Part shown: positions 26,869 to 38,944 of the stretch, one piece after another
Numbering within the stretch: the stretch's first letter is position 1
Layout of the letters: each line of letters starts with the position of its first letter
Source: Lytechinus pictus
Taxonomy: Eukaryota
Direction: 5' to 3'
Length of the DNA stretch: 64,000 nt
NCBI RefSeq assembly: GCF_037042905.1
Contig: NC_087245.1
Coordinates: forward strand, 38,504,001 to 38,568,000
Position numbers and translations under genes: made by a program
Notes under the pieces: generated by a model
Told to the model about the DNA's origin: nothing
Databases searched by the model: none
Seen by the model: the letters and a program-made list of their open reading frames with translations, nothing else

Positions 26869-27121
26869 AGAAAAACTAAAAATGTGGCCACTGTAGAAAG
26901 GTTCTAAAACATATTCCTATTGAATTGCAGACAATAGTGGCCATTAAAGACAATAGGGGCCATTAAAGACAGGTTGTCACTGAGACAGGTTGAATGAACA
27001 CCACAGACACCCTCTCTTGTGAAATTGGGCAAGACAGTTTTTCATTTACTTTGGTATATGATTGCATTTGTCAAAATGGATCAATGGACCCACACAAAGC
27101 ACATCTTTCTCTTCTTCAATG

Positions 27122-27403
27122 CGGGGCTGGCCGGATCTGGGAAATACTGGTGGTTAAATACCGGTAAATACTGCCTCGATAAGTTCTTAGGAAAATGGAA
27201 AATAGCTGGAAACGCTGGAAAATAATACAAAATATACTTCTTCAATATTTCAGGTATTGCCCTAATGTTTCTCAAGCATATTCTAAGCCTTTCCCTGTAC
27301 TTCCCTGTACATCTTAAGTACTCAAAAGCATTTACAGGTTTTTCCCCAGTATTTCCCAGCTGGGCAGGATAAACCTAAATTTCCCAGGAAATTGCCAACC
27401 CCG
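27122..27403. mobile_element. hAT-type MITE downstream of the FKBP11 stop
   Basis: TIRs cggggctggc / gccaaccccg, 8-bp flanks CTTCAATG / CTTTAATG. Confidence 0.7.
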
Positions 27404-27504
27404 CTTTAATGGCAGGGACTTTTCCCCACTTCAAGTTGCATAATAATAGTCCACTGAGTGTACATGTGTTATTCAAATATGCAAGATCTAGGAGCAGCTA
27501 GACA

Positions 27505-27707
27505 TTATCTCTTCTTTTTTCCCCTTCTGTCACCTTTTAATTTCCCTGACGGGTTTTTGGCACTTTTCTCCCACATGTAGTACATGAGTAAGATGACTAT
27601 CGAGGGAGGAACGATGAATCGAACCAGCTTCATTACACGACTGGAAAAGGAATTTTCAGGTTTCTGTAAATCCACGAGCTCCGTTTCAAAGACGAGTGTT
27701 GAATCGG
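27505..27707 (-). CDS. FKBP11: FKBP11 last coding exon (DSTLVFETELV, TM, basic tail)
   Basis: Acceptor ctcacag, 203 nt to TAA at 27505-27507. Confidence 0.93.
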
Positions 27708-30700
27708 CTGTGAGATAGAAACGAGCAAGTGAACACATTAAACAGATACATATGGACATGTTTTCATTCATATTTTATGGTTATCAAAGGGGTACTCCAG
27801 GCTGAAATAATATGATTTCATGTAATAACATCAGGAAAAGGAGAGTGGAGACATGATATCGTCAGCCCAACTATTGAATATTCATGATGGCATACCTGTA
27901 ACTTTTTTTTGCAAAATATTGCTCAACTCTAAAATTCAATAACTTGGTATTTGTTATCAGATTTTGATCAAATTTTCATTGTTTTGATTGGTTAATCTAT
28001 TTATTTAAATATGATCATTTTCATCCTAGAGTATCCCCTTTAATTTTTACATGAATAAGTATCTCAAATGTACAGTACATCTTTATCTCGCATTAAATTT
28101 GGGGGATTTTTTTTTACATCAATACACTCACATCCATGCATGCATGCTAACTGATTTCATGAAATGTGTCTCTTTTCATATGCTGCTGTTCAACTGATGT
28201 TGAACAAGGACCTGAACAATTCAAATCAGAATTAAAAGTAAATTACAAGTTGTCATAAACTACTAAATCTGTCGATTTTTAAGCTAAGGAAATGATACAA
28301 TTTCAGTTTATTAAATAAGGTATTTAATTGAGAAAAAGTTCCCTGAGAAAGGATGCAGATATGATCTAATTTCCAAGTACTATTTCTTCATTGCATCATC
28401 ATGATGGCAGCAATGTAACACAAATACATGTGATCAAAAAACAGTACTTGGTAAAACAGGCTCGAGTTCAAAACGGGGCTGCTAAATTTCAATCATGAGC
28501 TACCGATCGAGTTAGTAATCTAGAAAGTATTTGTGAGTCTCCTGAGAAGATTACAAATGTATAATTTAGTCTGTAAATTTTGAAGCAAATAGTAGGTTTT
28601 GATTTTACTTACGTGGTATAGGTCCGCTTCCTCTCTTCCCATAACCTAGATGAGGAGGAATGATGAGCTTTCGCTTCTCCCTACATGACACATACAAATT
28701 AAAAAGACATCTTAAATTAATCCATAAAGTAAGTTACGTTGCATCAACATTATAACCAATATTACAAAGATCAAACAACACAGCAAAATCTTTGTTACAT
28801 TTAGAAAATAATAGAGTTATCAATTATTGCAGTATTACTTGGAAAGTGATAGCCATAACATGAGTGTATGCAAATTTGTAACTTGAGTTTGTCACTGTTC
28901 ATTTCAGCTATTTGTTATGCTGCCCCTAAACTTTGGAATACAATCCCATCTTCCATTAAGGAGGCATCTACATGCTCTACATTCAAAAGTCACCTCCAAA
29001 CTTATTTTTATAAGCAGTTTTTTATTGAGACAGTCTACATAATAGCTTTAATCCATTCTTCTTTCTTTATCTATTTTCCTATTGAGCGCATAGAGACGCC
29101 CATGGGCAGTGATATGTGCTATACAAGTACCGTCGTAGTATTATTATTATTATTTTTAAGTATAAGATTGTATTTGAATCACATTTTGACCAAGAATTTT
29201 TTTTTAAATTGCTGATTCAATTGCAATCATCCTTATTATGTTTTTGATATCATGTGGAACAAAATAAAATACACAAGTGACTTTATGCATTGACCTTCTA
29301 TAAATCAAATTATCACCTAAATCAAAATACTTTTTCAGACAAGGGGTGATCGCCGTGCATAGGTGTCACTAAAAGTGCATCCTATCGCCATGATTTGACC
29401 AATGCGGGGATGCGTTATCACAGGCAACTTGGCATTTAAGTGCGATTTAAGTCAAAGCTTAAATCTTTTTGAAACATCACCCAGAACATGCAAAATATGT
29501 GTCATATACATCTTCTACGTTCTGAGAAGTACAGATTTCTGTATAAAGAGATTTGACTAATTCAAATTCTGCGGTACCTCTAACTTACCCGACACACATG
29601 CCAACGATTCCCATCTCCCAACCCTGGATCACCATCTTGCCACCAAGCTTGAAATCAATCGGATCTCGGTTATCTTGCCTTGATGAGTCAAAGATGGCGC
29701 CATTCTCAAATTTACCCTGTAAAAAAAAACACAAAGGAAAAAATCACAGCCAGAGTCATCTATCCAGGGAGTATAGCCAATACAGACATCCTGTGAATCT
29801 GCTTTATTGAAGGGGTTATGTGTCTTTCCATAGCGACAAATGGAAATCCTATCAAACTACCTATGACATGAATGGAAAACGTCTTAAAGTTGTCACAAAT
29901 CACAATTACTTAGGTGTTAAGATAACTAGCAATTTAACCTGGTGGGACCATGTTAATACCACTATATTCAAAGCGAACAAGGTTTTGGCCTTCTACAAAG
30001 AAACTTGTATAGCTGCCCTGAAATGTGAGAGAAACAGCCTATAAAGTATAAGTATGTCCAAAGTTGGAGTACTGTGCTTCTGAGTAGGATCCATACACGA
30101 AAAACCATATCAGTAGACTGGAAGCAGTTCAACGAAGAGCCACTAGATTTGTCTGTTAAGATCACAGGAAAACCAGTACAGTTTCCCAGATGCTGAAGTC
30201 ACTTGAATGAAAATCTTTCGAAGAAAGAAGAGCTATCTCAAGACTTACACTTTTAATTAAATCTGTTAATCACAGTGCTTCAATCAACGTAGGTCGATAC
30301 CTAACAACTCCCCCTCATAATTCTGTCAGGCCACAAAATCTTCGGCAATCTCTTTCTCACAACCAACAACAAAAAAGAACTGCTTCAAGTACACTTTCCT
30401 TCCAAGGACTATGGCAGAATGGAATCTACTACCAGTAGACACACGTGGAGCGAAATTGGTTGATAGTTTTAAAACAAGGCTAAACAAAATTCAAATGTCT
30501 ACTTTCATCAATGGGGCAAATCATTAACTCAAATTCATCACTAGCCACACACGCCTGCAGCAATTATATCCCATTTGTGGAGTTTGACTGCAGTACCAGG
30601 AAGAAGAACTTTCCTGCATGCCCGACTATTTTGTGTATAAATGTGAAAATTGGTAATGTAAAAGCTCTGCCTTGTGACAAGGTGTTATATTTATTTTGTC

Positions 30701-32443
30701 ATCATTTCATTAAGCTATTATCAATGCCAGCAAATTCAACCAAAATTTTGACTGTGAATCGGTTGGAATATTAATCATAAATCAATGATAATGGTACTTT
30801 TTTGCAATCTTTTCAAAAAAAATCTCAATCTGATATTCACTGCACAGTCCTTTCCCATGAAGATTTGCTTTCATCACAAAAAAGCCTATAATCTCATCAA
30901 TCTGGATTCATCTATCATACTTACTGTGTAATGCACTTTGACGGCATCTCCAGTTTCTGCTACGACTGTACATTCTTCTGGTTTGTACTGCAAAGTTCAA
31001 ATCAAGAGGGATAGAATTTGTTATAATGCCAACAAATGATATGAAAGAAACATTTGTCATGATTAGCAATGAAATGATCTTGTGATTTTACAACTTATTA
31101 TTTTTCCCAAACCATATGATCCCAACATGACTAGTCTGTGCTTTGGCACCAGTTGGAGATCTTTGTATGCAGAACCCTTTAAAAAATGCCCTAATAATAA
31201 TAAAAGAAATATACACAATTCTACATGTGCCTACTTTCATTTCATTAGTATCTCCACTCAAGTTCGCTGTAAAGAAAATAAATTTTACAAAAATTCCAAA
31301 TTGGCCATGTGATATCAAATAAAAATGCTAAATTTGAAACTAATTATGTCAAATGTTCAAATGGACCTCACCCAGCTTCCTTTTCTTTAAATTTGCACCA
31401 GATCTAAAAATGTTCCCCGATATGATGGAAAATCCTTAACTATTTTTCCCCAAGACAAAGGCAGGGTCTACTTCTTTTTTTTTAAATTTATTTACCACTT
31501 GTGGGATGGAACACCCTATCAGCAAATGCTGTTTTTCGTAGGGGTCCATACACACAACAATAAAAATGTACAATATACAATCAAACATGGTAATGACAAA
31601 ATCATATGACATAAATCATAAGAACATACAATAATGGTGAAAGAAAAAAACAAAAACAATATGATAATAAAAGCAAAATATATATAAAAGCAATAATTGA
31701 AAGAGCAAATTGAAAAATAACTTAAAGATAACCTAAACCTTTCTTACGTAGAGACTGGACATGATCATTCCAGAGTAGAGACTCGTCAATATATATGCCT
31801 AAATATTTACAAACATGAACTCTAATGATTACATTCAAGCGAGCGAAATCAATTATTGCATTTAAAACTGACAGTCTGAGTTAGGTTTAGATGAGGACGA
31901 CTCTTCTTTTGCAGTACCGAGTAAAAGAATGAAATAATGAAAATAATAATAAAACAAACAGAAAATGTCATCAGCAAAATATGAAGGCCATTGTGTCTCC
32001 CAAAAAACTGTTTGACAAAAAAAAAAGCCATCACTTAGTATACTAACCTCGCAATACGTGTGAGTGATCACTGACAAGCCGAGTCTGAGAGTGAGATTAT
32101 GGCTTATTTATCATCAGCCCAATGGCAATGCAAAATTAAGGTTAACATTTGTTTCCCCAAAACATCACTCCTAGATGAAAGCATTTTTGTATTTTTGGAG
32201 AATGCACCTTTCTTTTTCTCCAAATGTTATGGGTGTACCGACACCACCTCCCCCCCCCCCCCACGGCCACCCCCATAAAAAAACACCCTGCAAAAATATG
32301 TATGAATGGGACTGAGAGATGTTTACCTCTGATATGATCTCCAGTTCCTTAGTCTTTTTCTTCTTAGCTGCAAGCGTAGTCGACAGACAGATACATAATA
32401 TTGCAATCAATGGAAGTACACAATCATACTTGATTAAAATCAT
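27505..32443 (-). CDS. FKBP11: FK506-binding protein 11 (FKBP19)-like ER membrane peptidyl-prolyl isomerase; complement(join(27505..27707,28613..28680,29589..29716,30925..30987,32327..32443)), 192 aa
   Basis: Five exons with GT-AG junctions and compatible phases (0,0,2,1) give 579 nt. Protein: signal peptide MILIKYDCVLPLIAILCICLSTTLA, FKBP domain (KPEECTVVAETGDAVKVHYTGKFENGAIFDSSR...FKLGGKMVIQGWEMGIVGMCVGEKRKLIIPPHLGYGKRG...DSTLVFETELV), C-terminal TM (FIVPPSIVILLMYYMW), basic tail ending GKKKR. Signal peptide + one FKBP domain + TM + dilysine tail is the FKBP11 architecture. Confidence 0.93.
27786..28042. mobile_element. Kolobok-like MITE (internally deleted relative of 56592-57206)
   Basis: aaaggggtactccaggctgaaa ... 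tttcatcctagagtatcccctttaa, and shares the cagccca..gaatattcatgatg interior. Confidence 0.7.
28613..28680 (-). CDS. FKBP11: FKBP11 coding exon 4 (EKRKLIIPPHLGYGKRGSGPIP)
   Basis: Acceptor catgtag, donor gtaagt, 68 nt, canonical EKRKLxIPPxLxYG motif. Confidence 0.95.
28905..29155 (+). mobile_element. L2-like LINE 3' terminus in FKBP11 intron 3
   Basis: YAAPKLWNTIPSSIKEASTCSTFKSHLQTYF followed by a gagcgc...tgtgctatacaagt stem and a (TAT)n tail. Confidence 0.75.
29589..29716 (-). CDS. FKBP11: FKBP11 coding exon 3 (GKFENGAIFDSSR...GWEMGIVGMCVG)
   Basis: Acceptor ttttacag, donor gtaagt, 128 nt, FDSS and VIxGWxxGxxGMCVG motifs. Confidence 0.95.
29815..30608 (+). mobile_element. Decayed CR1/L2-group LINE 3' fragment in FKBP11 intron 2 (antisense to the gene)
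   Basis: YLGVKITSNLTWWDHVN...KANKVL, KLEYCAS, LEAVQRRATRFV and FLPRTMAEWN-like motifs with stops and frameshifts; AAG-repeat tail. Confidence 0.85.
30925..30987 (-). CDS. FKBP11: FKBP11 coding exon 2 (YKPEECTVVAETGDAVKVHYT)
   Basis: Acceptor tttgcag, donor gtaagt, 63 nt, FKBP GD..VHYT motif. Confidence 0.93.
32327..32443 (-). CDS. FKBP11: FKBP11 coding exon 1 (signal peptide ... KTKELEIISE)
   Basis: ATG in gtcaccATG context, 117 nt, donor GAG|GTAAAC, phase 0. Confidence 0.9.
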
Positions 32444-32670
32444 GGTGACTTGGATCAAACAGTTGAAGCAAATCAATTCAAGATTTAGACAACAAGCGCA
32501 GTGACGGTCACGGTACGGTAGTTCACGATCTCTTTTTGTTTTTGTGCTACGTGGTTGCGAACTTTGACCTTTCTGCAGGTGCCTCGGAAATCTTGAGCAT
32601 GCATTAGGGAGGGGGCGGGGCAGCGGCGGGGTGTGGAGCTGGAGATGACCAGCGGGAGGTAACCATGCAC
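32444..32670 (-). promoter_or_regulatory. FKBP11 5' UTR / proximal promoter with GC box
   Basis: CpG-rich segment immediately upstream of the ATG, GGGGCGGGG at about 32612. Confidence 0.5.
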
Positions 32671-33656
32671 CCTAGGGCCCTGGAAATGATTTTCTTTTTT
32701 TTGCAGGGGTGCTGGTTTGAACATGACAAGCAAAAAAAAAAAAAAAAATCGCTACAAAAAAGAAGATTTTTCTTCCAGGATCAGGACAGATTTTTATGTC
32801 AAGCAAAAAAAAAGAGCTTTGAAGATTTGTAGCCTGTAGGTCCTAAACTTAGGCCTATAACAGGCAAAACAGGAGGCCCCATCATGGAGATCGAGGGAGG
32901 GGGGGGGGGGTCAGTAATCGAGTTGCATGCGGGGTTGCATGGCCAGTGATCCGCTGTTGTGCGTATTTTGTGTTAGCATGACCTTGATGATTTGGTGTAT
33001 ATTATCAGTATTTTCAAGATGTCGTTCTTAGTTAATTTGATTTATTTATATTTGATTATAGGTCAAACGAGTGCCCGTCTGCGTTTTGTTTGCTGCTAAG
33101 TTTGTTAATGTTTCGTTTTACATTCAAATCCTAATGTGAATCTTAATGCCGTAACATTCTGTACATACGTTATGCATTTTGTAAATATGTTTATTGTTGT
33201 TCAGGGCCCCATGGAAGACCACTACTTATTGGTGAATGGGCTACCCTGTCAAAATATCAGAAATAAATAAATAAATAAATAGGCCTATATCGGAATAAAT
33301 TTGTTACCGAATTTCGTGGATCATCTGGTGAATAACATTTCATGAATCACATTTTGTCGTCTGGCAACTTTTCTTGATATTGATTGGCTGATCGAGAAGC
33401 AATATATGAACCAATAATGATCAAGTTGATCGGCTAAAAAGTCCAAACAGATCCAAATGCTCTTCTTCCTCTTCCGTTGACAGAACGTCTTCTTATTATT
33501 GCGGCCTACCAAATGCTAATGGATACAGCCAGGGACCAGGGGCCATTTCCCGTCAAGATCGAGTGCCCCCTCCCCCTCGATCCCCTCCCTACTAGTGGGT
33601 TAGTAGCTGAGTGTCAGGTTATGTATTTCCTTATTGCTCGATCCAAAAGATTTATA

Positions 33657-34040
33657 TAAAGGGGAAGGTCACCCCGAATAAAAGTTTTTTGAAAAAAATA
33701 CCAGAAAAATAAATAGAAATATAGGTAAATTAAATTAGGTTTGAGGAAAGAAGTTCATCAAAGATTAAGATAGCAATTTCAAAGTTTTTGATTTGCGACG
33801 TTATATGAGCAGCTGCCACGGATATGTCATATCAAGTGCATTACAATTAGTGAATAAAAAAAAACGAGAAAATTACATTTCATTGTTTTTTTTAATACGC
33901 ATATGACGTCAGAAATGAACAACTTAAGATTTTAATAACTTTAATCTTTGATGGATTTTCCTCAAACCCTCACTAGTATTTTACATTGTTGTTTTTTCTG
34001 CTATTTAAAACCTTTTTTCAGGGTCAACTTTGTCTTCAAA
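33657..34040. mobile_element. Degenerate Kolobok-like MITE
   Basis: taaaggggaaggtcaccccgaataaaag ... ccttttttcagggtcaactttgtcttcaa. Confidence 0.55.
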
Positions 34041-34268
34041 TGTGGCATGCGTTTGCAAAGTTGAGTTTTCTTCTTTTGACACACTTTTAAGGCTTTTCGA
34101 AGCGATCACTTGCATTGCATTCATTTTGCATGCAGCGAAATGAATGCATTTTTTGTCTGACTCAACAAAATGTCCTCTAATTAATCTACAACCCTTTAGT
34201 GCGATCGATCCCCTTCCATTCACCACCCCCCCCCCTCCATCACAACTTAAAATAGACAATGCATATTA

Positions 34269-35078
34269 TATGTAAACAGATCTCCCCTTCCATTCCTTTG
34301 TGCCAAGATATGGGACACAAGCGGCCCGGGGAGAGCAGTATCAGGCAATTTCCACTTAGGGGCAACAGTTTACTGAAACCGATACGCAGGGCACTTTCAA
34401 AATGGTCATCAGGGGCGGCCCATCAAGGGGGGCAGCTAGACTCCATATGACTCCATATAATGTAGTGGAAAAAATAGAATGGGGGGGGGGAGAAAAAAGG
34501 GAGGAAAGAAAGATGCATGGATTATGCCATGGCGGTATAGTAGCTCCATGGATCCAGTTGTGCTCAAAAGTAACCCCGCCACAAAATGCCCTCTTTCATG
34601 ATTAGAGTTGAATGTAGACGACACTCAATGTTCGGCGAGCTCGAGAAATAAACTTTATTGAATGCAATATTTTATCACCTGACTTCACAATTATTAAATA
34701 TCTAAAACATGGCTGACATTGAACATCAATTAATGTTCATTTTCTGATGGGGTTCACTAACTTTTGAGCACCACTTTATATATCCATGGCACTACAGCCA
34801 TGGCATCATCCATGCATCTTTCTTTCCTCCCTTTTTGTTTTTCTCCCCCCCCCCCCCATTCTCCTAATTTTTTCCACTACATATATATGGAGTCAATTCT
34901 ATAGCTGCCCCCTCAATTGATCGGCCGCCCCTGATGACCATTTGAAAGTGTTCATGCTTATCGGTTTCAGTAAACTGTTGCCCCTCAATGGAAATTTCCT
35001 CATATACTTGATCTCCCGGGCCGCTTGTGTCCCATATATCTTGGCACAAATGAATGGGAGGAGGGATCCGTTTACATA
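34269..35078. repeat. ~810-bp imperfect palindrome: ~290-bp inverted arms flanking a Tc1-like MITE (34555-34776)
   Basis: 34269-34553 is the reverse complement of 34782-35078 with many small indels. Inner TIRs cagttgtgctcaaaag / ggggttcactaacttttgagcaccact. Confidence 0.9.
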
Positions 35079-35482
35079 GTGTGGGTATGATGAGACTGGT
35101 GTTACATATAATATAGTGTGGGTATATGGTAAGATTGGTGTATCATATAATAATGATACATAGTGTGGGTATGATGAGACTGGTGTTACATATAATATAG
35201 TGTGGGTATGGTAAGATTGGTGTATCATATAATAATGATACATATAGTGTGGGTATGATGAGATTATGGTGTATCACATAATAATGATACATAGTGTGGG
35301 TATGATTAGATTGGTGTATCATATAATAATGATACATAGTGTGGGTATGGTGAGATTATGGTGTATCACATAATAATGATACATAGTGTGGGTATGATGA
35401 GATTGGTGTATCATATAATAATGATACATAGTGTGGGTATGATGAGATTGGTGTATCATATAATAATGATACATAGTGTGGA
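35074..35482. repeat. Minisatellite, ~45-bp unit ACATAGTGTGGGTATGATGAGATTGGTGTATCATATAATAATGAT, about 9 copies
   Basis: Unit starts at 35381, 35426 and 35471 (period 45). Earlier units are about 39-47 bp. Confidence 0.95.
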
Positions 35483-35749
35483 TGATCAGATATGCACCGC
35501 ATCTCAGTATTAAAGCCTGATATATATATTAGCTCTCTGGCTCTCCATCCCGTACACGACCCTTTTTTCTTGATCCTTTCTTCTCCCAGCTGGCCAGTGG
35601 GTAATGGGTCCATGTTACAGAACCCACACCCCCTCCACCCCCCCCCCCCCCCCCCCTCCTCCCATATAGAATGGGAGAGATACAGAAGGCCATTATGATG
35701 AACGGTTTATGCCTTATAAATGGCAATTCTTATGCCCACATTTCCAATT

Positions 35750-36300
35750 GGGATACCACGATTCCGTGGTAAAGTCGTTCGAATTGCACAGAAACTAATT
35801 CGCTCTCCGGCCGGTCGAGTAGTATGGTATGGTTGCGCGTGTATTGTGCTGCCAGCTTTAGTTGAGAGACGGCTACTGTGACTGACCGGTCGGCACTGTT
35901 TTGGGTGAGAACTTCATTAAATTAGGTCCAAGAATTCCCCAATAGTTTCTTTTAATTTTGCACGAACCTTCAAACTTTTTAAGCTTGAACTGGAGTGACT
36001 GTAGCTTGTTATTGTTAAGCATCGATGAAAAATGTAATATTGACGACGTCCTTCGCTTCGCTGTGTTGCCAAGATCCCGATCCACGGGGCGGCGCGGCCG
36101 GGGTGCGGCTCCAACGCAACGAGGCACGATTAGCGGCTTTGTACGAGATCCGTTGCCAGGGAAAGTGGGGGGCAAAAAATATCTAACAGTTAGATACTGG
36201 ATCTCAGCTCAGTCAATTTTCAATTACGAAAGCAAGATGGGTATCGCTACATGAACATGCAATGTGCCAGAGCCGGCAGAGCCAGAGGTTCATTATTTAT
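35750..36300 (+). promoter_or_regulatory. CpG-rich candidate promoter / non-coding first exon of the PAQR5-like gene
   Basis: Local GC and CpG enrichment (e.g. ggggcggcgcggccgggg) in AT-rich surroundings. The PAQR start exon has an upstream acceptor. Confidence 0.45.
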
Positions 36301-37103
36301 GCTCGGCCGGCAACATAAATCATACTCAAATCATAGACATGAATCTGATTTGTTGCAAGACTGCACGTGCAGTGCCAGTCCACGTCCAACAAAATTTAGA
36401 TTTTGACTTTTGGTAATTGGACTGCCAGACAACTGTGAGTGTTGGCAACACTCACAATTGTCTGGCGGTCCAATTACCAAAATCTAAATTTTGTTACTTT
36501 GTTAGTCAACTGTTTTTGTTTTTACCATTTGCTTGACTTAACTGACTCATCTAGTCTAGTCAATAGTCAGCATGCGCATGGTCAGCATAGACAGCTGGCA
36601 GCTGTCTGTTGCGAGGAGTTTTTTAACTTAAATTTGTTTTTAAATTAATATTACTCGTCATAGTCATACACGGACAGCTCGCGATCATGCAGCTGCCATT
36701 AGATTAGGGGTTTAACAATGCAAAATCCCCCCCCCCCCACGGGAAAAGTAAACTTAAAACAAACAAAAAACAGTGACTTTGTCTTTGAAAATTTTCTTGC
36801 CATATAGTTTCCACCAATAGAGGGCATACACAAAAATATGCCCAAAATTCAAGTTTTTGTGCACTCTGGTTAATACAAAAATTATTCCCAAGTTACTAAT
36901 GAAAAATGAATAAATTGCAACTGTATGGAAATTAGTATTTTTGGTCACAAAAGTGTTATTTTAACGATTTTTTAAAGTGTGTGTTGTTTACTGAATTGGC
37001 ATACCATAGTCCTACCTGTAGATTCCCCACAGGCAGGATGGTTGCAGTGAGCAAGTGGATCTAGCATAAAAAATAAAAGAATGTTGGCTCTAAACTCTAG
37101 ATC

Positions 37104-37633
37104 TAGTGCTGTTATCATTAAAATAATTCTCTGTCGATATATCGCTAAAAATATCTTACCGATATCGATAACTATTGACAAAAGAATGTAAATAAGAATT
37201 TTTTAATGCATTATAGCGATGTAACAATACTCGCGTTGGTCAAAATTTTTATCTGTCACTGTACCAACTACCAAGGACGCTTTAAAATCCGTGTTAATCG
37301 TATGTAAACGATTACACAACATCTTTTAACAAACATATTTAGCATAAATACATCCTCACCTTTCACTTTATTAGCATTATTTTTGGAGTAATTTCTGTTG
37401 CTGTTCTGTGCATTTTAGGAAAAATATGTTTTTCATGATTTTCCGTTTGAAAAACCACTTTCAAAAGGCCGTTTCCATGAATTCTGTGAAATCATGGAAA
37501 ATCACTGTCATGTCCCTACATAGTAGCGGGTATTACCTACGACGAGAGAAAGGTTATCGATATCGCTAAGTGGCAAAAAACAAGCAATTATCGACAAGAC
37601 TAGCATTAAAAATGTTATCGATAACAGCACTAG
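37104..37633. mobile_element. MITE with TAGTGCTGTTATC TIRs
   Basis: tagtgctgttatc ... gataacagcacta, with subterminal atcgat repeats. Confidence 0.65.
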
Positions 37634-37895
37634 TGGGCCCCAACAAGTAGTTTGTCTTCTTCTCCTAACAGCAAAATGAGCATGTTGTGATTTTTTATTG
37701 CAATTTTCGATCTTATAGCTCTGAATCATCACAAGATCTGGGCAGCTGCAGCTATACGCTGAATAAAGTCAGCTCTATAGACGAGATCTACGTAGTATCG
37801 AAAATCCTATGCGATGATATGACATAAAAATTAATGCCCTCTTGTGTGGAAGAACTTAGTGAGCAACTGTGCTGGACTCTTCCTCACCAATGTGT

Positions 37896-38330
37896 ACTTT
37901 TTGAACGCCCGTCACCTAGGGGAGGTATTATGGTATCAGGCTCGGTGTCTCTCTGTCTGTCCGTCTGTCCGTTAACTTTTCTTTGTAAATGCGATAACTT
38001 CAATTTAACTAGGCTCATATAATTTGCTGTGTATGATACTAGCATGGATCCCAGGAAGCCTATTGATTTTGAGGTCCAAAGGTCAAGGTGATAGTGACAT
38101 GCTTTCATCTTACCCTTCTCAAGTCCTTGTAAACGTGATAACTTCAGTTTAACTTAACCTAGGCTCATAAAATTTGGTGTGTACGATACTAGCATGGATT
38201 CCAGGAATTCTATTGATTTTAGGTGAAAAAGTCAAATTTCACCTTCCACTTTTCTTGCTTGACCAATAACTCCATTTTCCGCGTTACAGGTGAGCGTATT
38301 ATGTGCTTGCCCCAGTGACACTCTTGTTTT
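37896..38330 (+). mobile_element. Second HINE-like element (two internal repeat units)
   Basis: T-run start, acgcccgtc and ggtgagcgt degenerate sub-TIRs, (CTGT)n microsatellite, duplicated gataacttca...ctaggctcata...gatactagcatggat unit, 3' end acactcttgttttt. Confidence 0.7.
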
Positions 38331-38400
38331 TTAATTTTATTGTATGGAATAACATGTCTTCTGTAGTGAAGTGTTAATATCGTAATAAATTGAATTCATT

Positions 38401-38944
38401 GGCCCGTATTCTGATAGCAGGTTTAACTTAAACTCGGGTGTAAAGTTGTGGTTTAAGTATGGATAGCCAATTGTTACATAAATCACTAACAGTAGAGATG
38501 TCATACTTCAGCTCATTTGGCTCTCAAATCATTCATGATTGTCTAGGAAGTATAAATAGATGATTGTCTTCACCATCGATGAATCAAAGAAAGAGCACAG
38601 TAAACATAAGAAACATACAACATAATAAAAATTTTGATACTGTTGGCTTCCCATACATAAACCACAACTTTAAACCTGAGTTTAAGTTAAATGGATAGCC
38701 AATTGTTACATAAATCACTAACAGTAGAGATGTCATACTTAAGCTCATTTGGCTCTCAAATCATTCATGATTGTCTAGGAAGTATAAATAGACGATTGTC
38801 TTCACCATCGATGAATCAAAGAAAGAGCACAGTAAACATAAGAAACATACAACATAATAAAAATTTCAATACTGTTGGCTTCCCATACATAAACCACAAC
38901 TTTAAACCTGAGTTTAAGTTAAACCTGCTATCAGAATACGGGCC
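38401..38944. mobile_element. Harbinger-type MITE with an internal 232-bp tandem duplication
   Basis: 35-bp TIR GGCCCGTATTCTGATAGCAGGTTTAACTTAAACTC. 38459-38690 is repeated nearly identically at 38691-38922. Confidence 0.85.

Noticed and set aside
32546..32556. ACGTGG as a UPRE/XBP1 site upstream of FKBP11
   Set aside because: It lacks the full TGACGTGG or CCAAT-N9-CCACG consensus. Too short to support.
35074..35482. CRISPR-like regularly spaced repeats
   Set aside because: Units are head-to-tail with no unique spacers, there are no cas genes, and the context is eukaryotic. It is a minisatellite.
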